Shown: one piece after another, positions 1 to 7,337 of the stretch | How the letters are laid out: every line of letters begins with the position of its first letter | Numbering within the stretch: position 1 is the first letter of the stretch | Source of the DNA: a virus | Lineage: Duplodnaviria > Caudoviricetes | Length of the DNA stretch: 43,960 nucleotides | Direction: 5' to 3' (one strand) | IMG/VR virus record: IMGVR_UViG_3300035041_000037 | Location: 1-43,960 of that record | Notes under the pieces: generated by a model | What the model was told of the DNA's origin: nothing | The model's input: only the letters and a program-made list of their open reading frames with translations | Databases searched by the model: none | Position numbers and translations under genes: made by a program

Positions 1-281
1 GCATCGTAAACACCCAGGAAGAAAAACAGCCCTACGCCCAACAGACCGGCTACAACACCGTCACCCGGGATGAAGTAAAAATGCTCGCCAGCATGGAAGA
101 AACCGAGCGCAACAACTGGCTCAATAAAAACGGCCTCAAACTCTTCGGACTCGATCTGCCCGAAGAACCCGAAGCCGACATCATCAACACCGCCGCCCAG
201 GTATTCGACGGCGTCATCTATAAAAACGGCCCCGATTCAGAAGCCCAAGACCAGGAGCAGCAAAAATGTACCGAAAAATGA
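1..281 (+). CDS. C-terminal fragment of a primase allele (5'-truncated by window edge)
   Basis: Frame is open from position 3. IVNTQEEK...TVTRDEVKMLASMEETERNNWL...IINTAAQVFDGVI aligns by eye with the C-terminus of 41925..43343 (VITYAEVEMLEKMEPQAREQWL...VLQTAHIFKDGIL). Confidence 0.65.
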   Translation, partial: IVNTQEEKQPYAQQTGYNTVTRDEVKMLASMEETERNNWLNKNGLKLFGLDLPEEPEADIINTAAQVFDGVIYKNGPDSEAQDQEQQKCTEK

Positions 282-496
282 TCTTCAACCATATATCTGA
301 AGAACTCGACCGCGCCGACACCAAGCACCCGCCCATGGCCGGCATCGTCGAAGGGCTTCACACCCTCAAATGCGAAGTAGCCGAGCTCGAACGCGAAGTC
401 ATGCGCGAAACCCGCAACCACTGCGAACTCCGCGCCGAAGCGATCCAGGTAGCAGCCATGGCCGTAAAGCTCCTGCGTGACTGCATCTACGACTAA
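266..496 (+). CDS. MazG-like NTP pyrophosphohydrolase-fold small protein
   Basis: EVAELEREV...[10 protein letters not shown] pattern; GGAG RBS at 254-257. Confidence 0.5.
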   Translation: MYRKMIFNHISEELDRADTKHPPMAGIVEGLHTLKCEVAELEREVMRETRNHCELRAEAIQVAAMAVKLLRDCIYD

Positions 497-517
497 ACAC
501 CACAAAAGGAGAAAAAC

Positions 518-724
518 ATGGACATCGTAAAAGAGATGAAAAGCACCGCCCTGAAGATGGAAGCCCTCGCATGGCTGATTCAGAGCAGGAAAAATATAGA
601 TCCCACATGGGAGCGCCGCGCCCTAGAACTCCAATCCGCCGCCGTAACCCTCAACGGCTGGGCCGAAGCCGAAGAACAGCTCGAAAAAACAATCCAGATC
701 GACGAACCCGACACAGCCGCATAA
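518..724 (+). CDS. hypothetical phage protein (homologue of 43327..43530)
   Basis: AGGAG RBS; clear similarity to 43327..43530 ([23 protein letters not shown]). Confidence 0.75.
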   Translation: MDIVKEMKSTALKMEALAWLIQSRKNIDPTWERRALELQSAAVTLNGWAEAEEQLEKTIQIDEPDTAA

Positions 725-735
725 AAGGAGAAACC

Positions 736-1152
736 ATGTCAGTCAACAAAGTAATCCTCGTAGGCAACTGCGGCAAAGACCCCGAACTGCGCTACACCCC
801 CCAGGGCACCGCCGTTACCGAAATCAGCCTCGCCACCACCGAGAACTTCAAAGACGCCCAGGGTAACAAGCAAGAGCGCACCGAGTGGCACCGCATTGTC
901 TTCTGGCGCCAACTCGCCGAGATCGCCGGAAAATACCTGCACAAAGGCAAACAGATATATGTAGAGGGCAAACTCCAAACCCGCAAATGGACAGATCAAA
1001 ACGGCATCGACCGCTACACCACCGAAGTAATCGTGGACACCATGCAGATGCTCGGACGCGCCAGCGATGGAGCAGGGCAGGGCGCAACAAACGACCGGCC
1101 GGCCCAGCAACCGGAGCCGGAGTTTCACCAGGACGACGAGATCCCGTTTTAA
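736..1152 (+). CDS. ssb: single-stranded DNA-binding protein
   Basis: [21 protein letters not shown]...TEWHRIV...[12 protein letters not shown], acidic DDEIPF tail; AAGGAG RBS before ATG 736. Confidence 0.95.
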   Translation: MSVNKVILVGNCGKDPELRYTPQGTAVTEISLATTENFKDAQGNKQERTEWHRIVFWRQLAEIAGKYLHKGKQIYVEGKLQTRKWTDQNGIDRYTTEVIVDTMQMLGRASDGAGQGATNDRPAQQPEPEFHQDDEIPF

Positions 1153-1168
1153 AAGGAGATATCCATGG
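1042..1168. repeat. exact 127-bp direct repeat of the window end (43834..43960)
   Basis: Identical from atgcagatgctcggacgc to aaggagatatccatgg; sequences diverge immediately upstream. Confidence 0.95.
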
Positions 1169-2082
1169 AAGCACTCGACCAAATAAAAGACCTGGACGAT
1201 TTTATCAACGATGACGATTGGGGAGATGACTACGATGCAATCACGTCCGGAGAAAACAACAGCACAGTACCCAAGGCGGAAGCGCACACCCATACAGATA
1301 CACCACAGGCTCAAAAATATGCGCCGGCGCAAAAATATACGCCGGCTCAAAAAAGCAAAAAAGCAGAATGCGTGTGCTGTAGCCGCGAAATGAAAATAAT
1401 GAGCCGGGGCCTCTGCAGCGCCTGCTACTCAAAACACCGCGCCGCCGGAACCCTCGATGAAGTAGCCCTCCCGGCAAAACCCAAGGGTGAGCACCTCAAA
1501 AAAAGAGGCAAAAGTAAATCAGAAAAGCACATGTCAACCAAAGAAAGTAGGGTGGGCACCGCCCACCAGAAAGATTGTTTCGCAAAAAACTCCAAAAACC
1601 GCGAAACAAAAACAAAAAAGGAGTCTGACTCGACAACCCCGACCAGATCAACCAGCCAAAGCACTACACAGCGCACCCATCAGGCATCGAGTGTATCCAG
1701 ATCACCGAACACATGGGCTTCAACCTCGGCAACGCCATCAAATACATCTGGCGCGCCGACCTCAAGCACAACAGCCCCCAGCAAGACCTCGAAAAAGCGC
1801 TCTGGTACATCCAACGCGAAATCAAACGGAGAAAACAGCATGAAAAACAAACTCGCAGACCTTAACAACCACCTGTTCATGCAGTTAGAACGCCTCAACG
1901 ACGAAACCCTCAGCTCCGAGGATCTGGAAGCTGAAGTAAACCGGACCAAAGCCGTAACAGCTGTATCAAACCAGATTATCAGCGTCGGCAAACTAGCCCT
2001 CGATGCACAAAAAGCCGTAGCCGAAGGCCACATCCGCACCGCGCCCAAAATGCTCGGAGTAGAAAATGAAGAAATGGAATAG
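1165..2082 (+). CDS. hypothetical ORF, probably a composite of several genes; N-terminal part has a CxCC...CxxC Zn-binding motif
   Basis: AAGGAG RBS. Contains a REP copy at 1547. The S/T-rich middle is the off-frame reading of a DUF3310-like gene, and the last 80 aa have their own RBS and ATG. Confidence 0.45.
   Translation: MEALDQIKDLDDFINDDDWGDDYDAITSGENNSTVPKAEAHTHTDTPQAQKYAPAQKYTPAQKSKKAECVCCSREMKIMSRGLCSACYSKHRAAGTLDEVALPAKPKGEHLKKRGKSKSEKHMSTKESRVGTAHQKDCFAKNSKNRETKTKKESDSTTPTRSTSQSTTQRTHQASSVSRSPNTWASTSATPSNTSGAPTSSTTAPSKTSKKRSGTSNAKSNGENSMKNKLADLNNHLFMQLERLNDETLSSEDLEAEVNRTKAVTAVSNQIISVGKLALDAQKAVAEGHIRTAPKMLGVENEEME
1629..1865 (+). pseudogene. DUF3310 (T7 gp1.7/SaV-like) coding frame lacking a canonical start
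   Basis: Translated by hand: DNPDQINQPKHYTAHPSGIECIQITEHMGFNLGNAIKYIWRADLKHNSPQQDLEKALWYIQRE. In-frame TGA at 1626-1628; first ATG is only at 1713. Confidence 0.75.
1840..2082 (+). CDS. conserved-looking phage protein (MKNKLADLNNHLFMQLERL)
   Basis: GGAG RBS just upstream of ATG 1840; this type of protein usually precedes HNH genes in phages. Confidence 0.65.
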   Translation: MKNKLADLNNHLFMQLERLNDETLSSEDLEAEVNRTKAVTAVSNQIISVGKLALDAQKAVAEGHIRTAPKMLGVENEEME

Positions 2083-2704
2083 CAAACTCCTCACGCGCGA
2101 GCAGCACAACGACCTCGCCCAAGGATATAAAAGCATGGATCGCACCCAGGTTACCCGGTGGCTTAACCAGAAATATGGCCTCAGTCTCACGGTGTCTCAG
2201 GTAGTCACTTACCTGAAAAACCATAAGATAAAATCAGGCCGAAACGGGAAATTTCCCCGTAACGGCCAACCGTGGAACAAGGGAATCAAGTATATAGCCG
2301 GCGGCAACAGTCAACGTACCCAGTTTAAAAAAGGCCGCAAGCCCCACACATGGAAGCCCGTCGGCTACATACGCACCACCACCGACGGATACCGGGAAAT
2401 AAAAATTTCCGATACCGGCATCACCCGCCGCGACTATGTAGGGCTGCACCGCCTCGAATGGGAAAAGCACCACGGCCCCGTGCCAAAAGGCCATGTCGTA
2501 ATCTTCAAAGACGGCAACAAGCAAAACACCCATATCAGCAACCTTGAGTGTTTAAGCCGTGCCGAACTCAGCAAACTCAACGCCAACGCCTATACACAAA
2601 TGCCAGACGAAACAAAACCCGCAGTCCTGACACTCTCAAAACTGCAGGCAAAAGCCGGGATAAAACCCAACCTCGGCAAAACCATGAAGGAGGCCCAGGC
2701 ATGA
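2066..2704 (+). CDS. HNH endonuclease family protein
   Basis: HRLEWEKHHGPVPKGHVVIFKDGNKQNTHISNLECLSRAE, an HNH_3-type motif. Confidence 0.85.
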   Translation: MKKWNSKLLTREQHNDLAQGYKSMDRTQVTRWLNQKYGLSLTVSQVVTYLKNHKIKSGRNGKFPRNGQPWNKGIKYIAGGNSQRTQFKKGRKPHTWKPVGYIRTTTDGYREIKISDTGITRRDYVGLHRLEWEKHHGPVPKGHVVIFKDGNKQNTHISNLECLSRAELSKLNANAYTQMPDETKPAVLTLSKLQAKAGIKPNLGKTMKEAQA

Positions 2705-2886
2705 AATACACAGTAACCGGCAAATGTACCAACCCCGGCTGCACTACCAGCATATTCACCACCCAGCGCCGCAGCGTCACCAGCAAACCCACATCCGGCG
2801 GAGTGACCACCATCAAAAACGTAGTCTGCCCCGATTGCCGCACCTGGGGAGAAGTAGTCGAGATCCAGGAGGTAAGCGTATTATGA
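2701..2886 (+). CDS. small Cys-rich (Zn-ribbon-like) hypothetical protein
   Basis: AGGAGG RBS, ATGA overlap with the HNH gene, CxxxxC...CPDC. Confidence 0.6.
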   Translation: MKYTVTGKCTNPGCTTSIFTTQRRSVTSKPTSGGVTTIKNVVCPDCRTWGEVVEIQEVSVL

Positions 2887-3119
2887 CCTGGCAAATACCA
2901 GAAACAGCACCCAAAGACGGCACCCCGATCCTCGCCCTTTTCACAGGCTACCCCTGGGGCGTCAGTTGTATGTGGAATGAGGTAGACAAAGAATGGGTCT
3001 ACGCCCAAGTGAGTGTAAACCTCTTCCACGGCGAGTGGAACGACCACTACTTTGAAAACGAGCGCGCCGCCGAACATGAGCTTCGCGCCTGGATGCCAAT
3101 GCCGGAGGGAATAAAATGA
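2883..3119 (+). CDS. DUF551-like phage protein
   Basis: MTWQIPETAPKDGTPIL...AWMPMP signature; AGGAGG RBS. Confidence 0.7.
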   Translation: MTWQIPETAPKDGTPILALFTGYPWGVSCMWNEVDKEWVYAQVSVNLFHGEWNDHYFENERAAEHELRAWMPMPEGIK

Positions 3120-3817
3120 ACGTCAAACTTATCACCCACACCAACTACCCGACCCGCACCGTAGCCCGCGCCGCGTGGATTACCCACAACGCTGATTGGC
3201 CCACCGACTACGACATGCACCCGGATCGCTCCGGCCCCCTCGTGCGCCGCGTCCTCGCATCCGGGCACGACAGCATCCTCGAGCACGCCGCGTTCACCTT
3301 CGCCGTGGATGGCATCAGCCGCGCATGCAGCCACCAGCTCGTGCGCCACCGGGTTGCCAGTTACAGCCAGCAGAGTCAGCGGTATGTAGAGCTAGGCGCC
3401 AGCCAGTATGAATATTACGCAACACCGGAATCTATTGCACATCACTACGACAGCACTGTTGTCGCTGAATATGCGTGTTTGATGGATGAAGCAAAGCAGG
3501 TCTACAACAGAATGATTGCCGCAGGCATCCCCGCGGAAGACGCCCGCTTCATCCTCCCCAACGCCGCCGCCACAAAAATCGTCATCACCATGAACGCGCG
3601 CGAGCTCCACCACTTTTTCGCCCTGCGCTGCTGCACCCGCGCCCAGTGGGAGATCCGCAACATGGCCCGGCAGATGCTGGAGCGGTGCAAAGATGTAGCC
3701 CCGGTCCTGTTCGAAAACTGCGGCCCCGGGTGTCTGCGCGGTCCATGCCCCGAAGGCGCGCGGAGTTGTGGGGAGCCGCTGGAGGATCAAGGAGCAAGGT
3801 GCCAGGTACAAGGTTAG
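3116..3817 (+). CDS. thyX: FAD-dependent thymidylate synthase
   Basis: GHDSILEH, SRACSHQLVRHRVASYSQQSQRY (RHRx7S motif), EDARFILP, LRCCTRAQWEIR. Confidence 0.95.
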   Translation: MNVKLITHTNYPTRTVARAAWITHNADWPTDYDMHPDRSGPLVRRVLASGHDSILEHAAFTFAVDGISRACSHQLVRHRVASYSQQSQRYVELGASQYEYYATPESIAHHYDSTVVAEYACLMDEAKQVYNRMIAAGIPAEDARFILPNAAATKIVITMNARELHHFFALRCCTRAQWEIRNMARQMLERCKDVAPVLFENCGPGCLRGPCPEGARSCGEPLEDQGARCQVQG

Positions 3818-3903
3818 ACCACGACAAGCGGAGCCAAGTAGGGTGGGCACCGCCCACCGGGGAAAAAGGAGTAAAACCTTCGAACCAGCATAGGAAAAGA
3901 CTG

Positions 3904-4104
3904 ATGAATGAGATGGTAGAAGCGCGAGCATATGAAATAGTTAGTGAGCGGGCCGAATTTGGCCGCAGCACGATGGACATAAAGTGCCCGTTTTGCGGGG
4001 AGGTCACGACTGCTTACAAGTGGTCATTGGCTGGAAGCGGTAAAAAGTGCGGATGCGGCGCAAAACATACTCTCTACCGAGGGACGATTAAAAAGAGCGC
4101 CTAA
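3904..4104 (+). CDS. small Zn-finger-like hypothetical protein
   Basis: CPFCG...KKCGCG; AGGA upstream; start uncertain. Confidence 0.55.
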   Translation: MNEMVEARAYEIVSERAEFGRSTMDIKCPFCGEVTTAYKWSLAGSGKKCGCGAKHTLYRGTIKKSA

Positions 4105-4134
4105 CCCATTAAGCAAAGTAGAAAGGGTTTGTTG

Positions 4135-4623
4135 ATGAAAAAAATACTAGACCCATGTTGCGGCAGCCGGATGATGTGGCATGACCGGAAAAATCAGAAT
4201 GTTGTTTTTGGGGATTGCAGGTCGGAAACCATCACTGTAACAGACCGAAGCCACGGCAAAAAAGATGGCACCCGGACGCTGCAAATCGAACCTGATGTGA
4301 TGATGGATTTTCGCGCGCTGCCTTATGAAGATAACTCCTTTAAGCTGGTCGCATTTGATCCGCCGCACCTAGTCAGAGCAGGGCCTAAAAGCTGGCTGGC
4401 CGCTAAGTACGGCAAGCTGAGCGACACTTGGCAAGACGATATTCGCCGAGGGTTTGCCGAGTGCCTGCGAGTTTTGGAGCCGGGCGGAACGTTGATTTTC
4501 AAGTGGAATGAAACTCAGGTTAAAATTGGCGAAGTTATAAAACTGGCACCGAAGCCGCCTCTGTTTGGGCATTTGTCGGGGAGAAAAGGGCTTACGCACT
4601 GGCTAGTTTTTATGAAGGAGTAG
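4135..4623 (+). CDS. phage SAM-dependent (probable DNA adenine) methyltransferase
   Basis: ILDPCCGSRMMW (motif I), FDPPH (motif IV-like), RVLEPGGTLIFKWNE. Confidence 0.85.
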   Translation: MKKILDPCCGSRMMWHDRKNQNVVFGDCRSETITVTDRSHGKKDGTRTLQIEPDVMMDFRALPYEDNSFKLVAFDPPHLVRAGPKSWLAAKYGKLSDTWQDDIRRGFAECLRVLEPGGTLIFKWNETQVKIGEVIKLAPKPPLFGHLSGRKGLTHWLVFMKE

Positions 4624-4670
4624 CCAAGTAGGGTGGGCACCGCCCACCACCTGAAACAAAGGAGAAGCCC

Positions 4671-4925
4671 ATGCCAACAGAACTCACAAACAAGCAGGTC
4701 GTATGCCGAAAACCTCACCGCTGCACCTGGTGCGGAGAATGGATCGAAAAGAAAAAACCCGCACAATACAGATCCGGAGTGCATGAGGGTGACTTTCACT
4801 CAGACTACTTTCACCCGGAATGCTACTCCGCAATGTGTAACAGTGACCTTGGTTATGAAAACGAGTTTGAGCCGATGGCGCAGGATCGCGGTAAGAAGTG
4901 GGAAGAGAGCACAAACAATTTATAG
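4671..4925 (+). CDS. hypothetical protein with CxxC...HxxC motif
   Basis: AAGGAG RBS; RKPHRCTWCGE...HPEC. Confidence 0.65.
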   Translation: MPTELTNKQVVCRKPHRCTWCGEWIEKKKPAQYRSGVHEGDFHSDYFHPECYSAMCNSDLGYENEFEPMAQDRGKKWEESTNNL

Positions 4926-4987
4926 GTGTGCCTGAAACCTGAAACCTCGAACCTCGAACCTCGAACCTCAATTTTCCCGGAGGGAAA

Positions 4988-5419
4988 ATGACCGCACGAG
5001 ACAAAAACCGCATCGCCGTGCTCGGCACCATCCTCGGTGCCGCCGAACTCATGGTAGGCAGCGACCCCAGTGCCACCGTGCAGAACAAGATCGATGTAAT
5101 CCAGCGCCGCGCCCAGGATCTGCTCGATAACCTGCCCGACGCCACCGCAAAAGAGACCCGCAGCATCAAGCGCCGCATAATCGCCTTCGGTGCTGAGATC
5201 ACCAAAAACGGCATCAACGGCATGATCCTGCTGTGCTTTTTAATCGCCCTGATCGAAGCAATCATCGAAGAAACCACCGTAGCCGGAATCAAGAAAAAGT
5301 TTGAAGCCCTGCACCGCTCCATGTGCAGCCTGCAGACCTACTACGACCGCGCGCTGAAATACAGCGAATGCTACAAAAAAGCCGATGAACTCGCGACCTG
5401 GTGGGCGAAAGCGGCGTAA
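4988..5419 (+). CDS. hypothetical protein
   Basis: GGAGG RBS, phage-like codon usage. Confidence 0.65.
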   Translation: MTARDKNRIAVLGTILGAAELMVGSDPSATVQNKIDVIQRRAQDLLDNLPDATAKETRSIKRRIIAFGAEITKNGINGMILLCFLIALIEAIIEETTVAGIKKKFEALHRSMCSLQTYYDRALKYSECYKKADELATWWAKAA

Positions 5420-5435
5420 GACAAAGGAGAAAATA

Positions 5436-5606
5436 ATGGCAAAAGCAGAATATAAAATTTTGCAAGACACAGCAGCAAACGTCCAAAAAACACTTAACCA
5501 GTGGCGTCACAGCTACTCTCTCCAAATACATAATTTTGAATCACACCCAGGCGGGGAAGTATGCGTACTTTTAACCCGTGAAGAAATACCACCGCCAAGG
5601 TATTAG
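5436..5606 (+). CDS. hypothetical protein
   Basis: AAGGAG RBS before ATG 5436 (MAKAEYKIL). Confidence 0.55.
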   Translation: MAKAEYKILQDTAANVQKTLNQWRHSYSLQIHNFESHPGGEVCVLLTREEIPPPRY

Positions 5607-5681
5607 CCCGGTAGGGTGGGCACCGCCCACCACCTGAAACCTTGCACCTTCAACCTTCAACCTGCATTTAACGGAGAAAAA

Positions 5682-5837
5682 ATGAGCAAACAACCATCCG
5701 AAACCATCGAAAAAAAGCGCAAACTAAAACGCGCCCTCGAAGAAGTCGGCATCAAATTCCAAAGCCAGGGCCATGTGCGCATAAACTTCACCGGCGCCGG
5801 CGATGTTGGCAAGATTGAGATTTTACGGACGGAATAA
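5682..5837 (+). CDS. hypothetical protein
   Basis: GGAG RBS before ATG 5682 (MSKQPSETIEK). Confidence 0.5.
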   Translation: MSKQPSETIEKKRKLKRALEEVGIKFQSQGHVRINFTGAGDVGKIEILRTE

Positions 5838-5936
5838 CCGGTGGGCGGTGCCCACCCTACGAGACTGCGTAGGGGCACCGCCCACCTGAAACCTTGAACC
5901 TCACACCTTGAACCTTGAGTTTTCCGGAGGAAAACA

Positions 5937-6764
5937 ATGCAAAAACCAGACCTCCTAACCCGCGTCAAAGACCTGCAGCAACACTGCACGCAGGAAGAGT
6001 CCGCCGAACTCACCGCCTTCTACAACGCGCGCCAGCGCACCCTGACCGCATACAACGAAGACAGCACCGCCGCGCGCAAGAAAGACTACGACGCCGCGCG
6101 CGAAGGTCTGACCGAGCTCGTCGAGCGCCTGGAACAGCAGTACCTCGCGCCCGAGCCCCAGACATCCAAACCCGCGTACCACCCCACAGATATCCTGTTC
6201 CGCAACTCGACAGAGATGTACCACCACCTCAAAGACAAAGGCTGGGATCTATCCTCGCGCCAGACCCTCACCAACCACGCCAAAAAAGGATCCTTGCAGC
6301 TCGCGCCCGATCGCTCCATCACCACCGCCGCGTTCGAAGCGTGGAAGAACCACCCCGAAGGCGGCCAGCGCTACTACGAAAGCTACATCCGCCACCAGCG
6401 CGACGCCCTCGGCACCATCGAAGAAAACGCCCTCAAAAAATCCAAAGACGAAGCCGAGATCATCGCCCTCAACCGACGCAAAAAAGAGCGCGAAGAACAA
6501 AAAGAGATGGGCCTGCTCATCACCCGCGAGCAAGCCGACGCCGAAGTCTGCGCCTGGACAGGCATCACCCGCGACACCATCGCCGCCCACATCATCAAGC
6601 AGGTACCCACAATCATCCACACCACCGGCGGCCAGATCCAGACCCAGCCAGAACTCGAAGCCCTGATTGAGCAAACCATAGACGCCGCCTGCAACGCCAT
6701 CGCCACCAGCGACGAGGTTGATGTGGTGATCGAAGGCGAGCCGGAAGAAGACGCAGAGGAATAA
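5937..6764 (+). CDS. putative terminase small subunit (Nu1-like)
   Basis: Position upstream of GpA; coiled-coil KKSKDEAEIIAL...KEMGLLITRE pattern resembling Nu1-type proteins. Confidence 0.55.
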   Translation: MQKPDLLTRVKDLQQHCTQEESAELTAFYNARQRTLTAYNEDSTAARKKDYDAAREGLTELVERLEQQYLAPEPQTSKPAYHPTDILFRNSTEMYHHLKDKGWDLSSRQTLTNHAKKGSLQLAPDRSITTAAFEAWKNHPEGGQRYYESYIRHQRDALGTIEENALKKSKDEAEIIALNRRKKEREEQKEMGLLITREQADAEVCAWTGITRDTIAAHIIKQVPTIIHTTGGQIQTQPELEALIEQTIDAACNAIATSDEVDVVIEGEPEEDAEE

Positions 6765-6862
6765 GGTTCAAGGTTTCAGGTGTCAGGTCCAAGGATAACC
6801 AAAACCTGAAACCTGGAACCTTGAACCTGAAACCTAAGATCCACTGAGGACTCATAAAAAAG

Positions 6863-7312
6863 GTGAGTGATATGCAAGTACACTATTCAAGCAAAACAGA
6901 CATGTGGGCCACGCCACAAGAAACCTTTGACAGACTGGATGCGGAGTTTGGGCCATTTGACCTAGATGTTTGTGCTACCCCGGAAAATGCAAAATGTAAA
7001 AATTTTTACACTCGAGCTGAAGATGGTTTGGCTCAACCATGGCGCGGGAAGTGTTGGATGAATCCACCATACGGGAGAGAAATTAAATTATGGATGCGAA
7101 AAGCATATGAAGAGAGCCGGAAAGGGGCTCTTGTCGTATGTCTGATACCGGCAAGAACAGATACTGCATGGTGGCACGATTATGCCATGAGGGGGGACGT
7201 AAGTTTTATCCGCGGGCGGTTAAAATTTGGTGGCGCAGCGAACTCAGCGCCATTCCCGAGCGCTGTAGTTGTTTTCAAGCCAAAAACCTTGAACCTGAAA
7301 CCTTGCCCCTGA
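6863..7312 (+). CDS. phage DNA N6-adenine methyltransferase (Dam-like)
   Basis: WATPQ, FDLDVCA, WMNPPYG, LIPARTDTAWW, RGRLKF motifs. Confidence 0.9.
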   Translation: MSDMQVHYSSKTDMWATPQETFDRLDAEFGPFDLDVCATPENAKCKNFYTRAEDGLAQPWRGKCWMNPPYGREIKLWMRKAYEESRKGALVVCLIPARTDTAWWHDYAMRGDVSFIRGRLKFGGAANSAPFPSAVVVFKPKTLNLKPCP

Positions 7313-7337
7313 AACCTTAGTTTTTCGGAGAAAAACG

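Noticed and set aside
571-735. N-terminal extension of SSB (193-aa ORF)
   Set aside because: Overlaps 518..724; the RBS and the second allele support a start at 736.
1309-1353. 18-bp tandem repeat (AQKYAP AQKYTP AQK)
   Set aside because: Short in-frame duplication in a low-complexity linker; no sign of a wider system.
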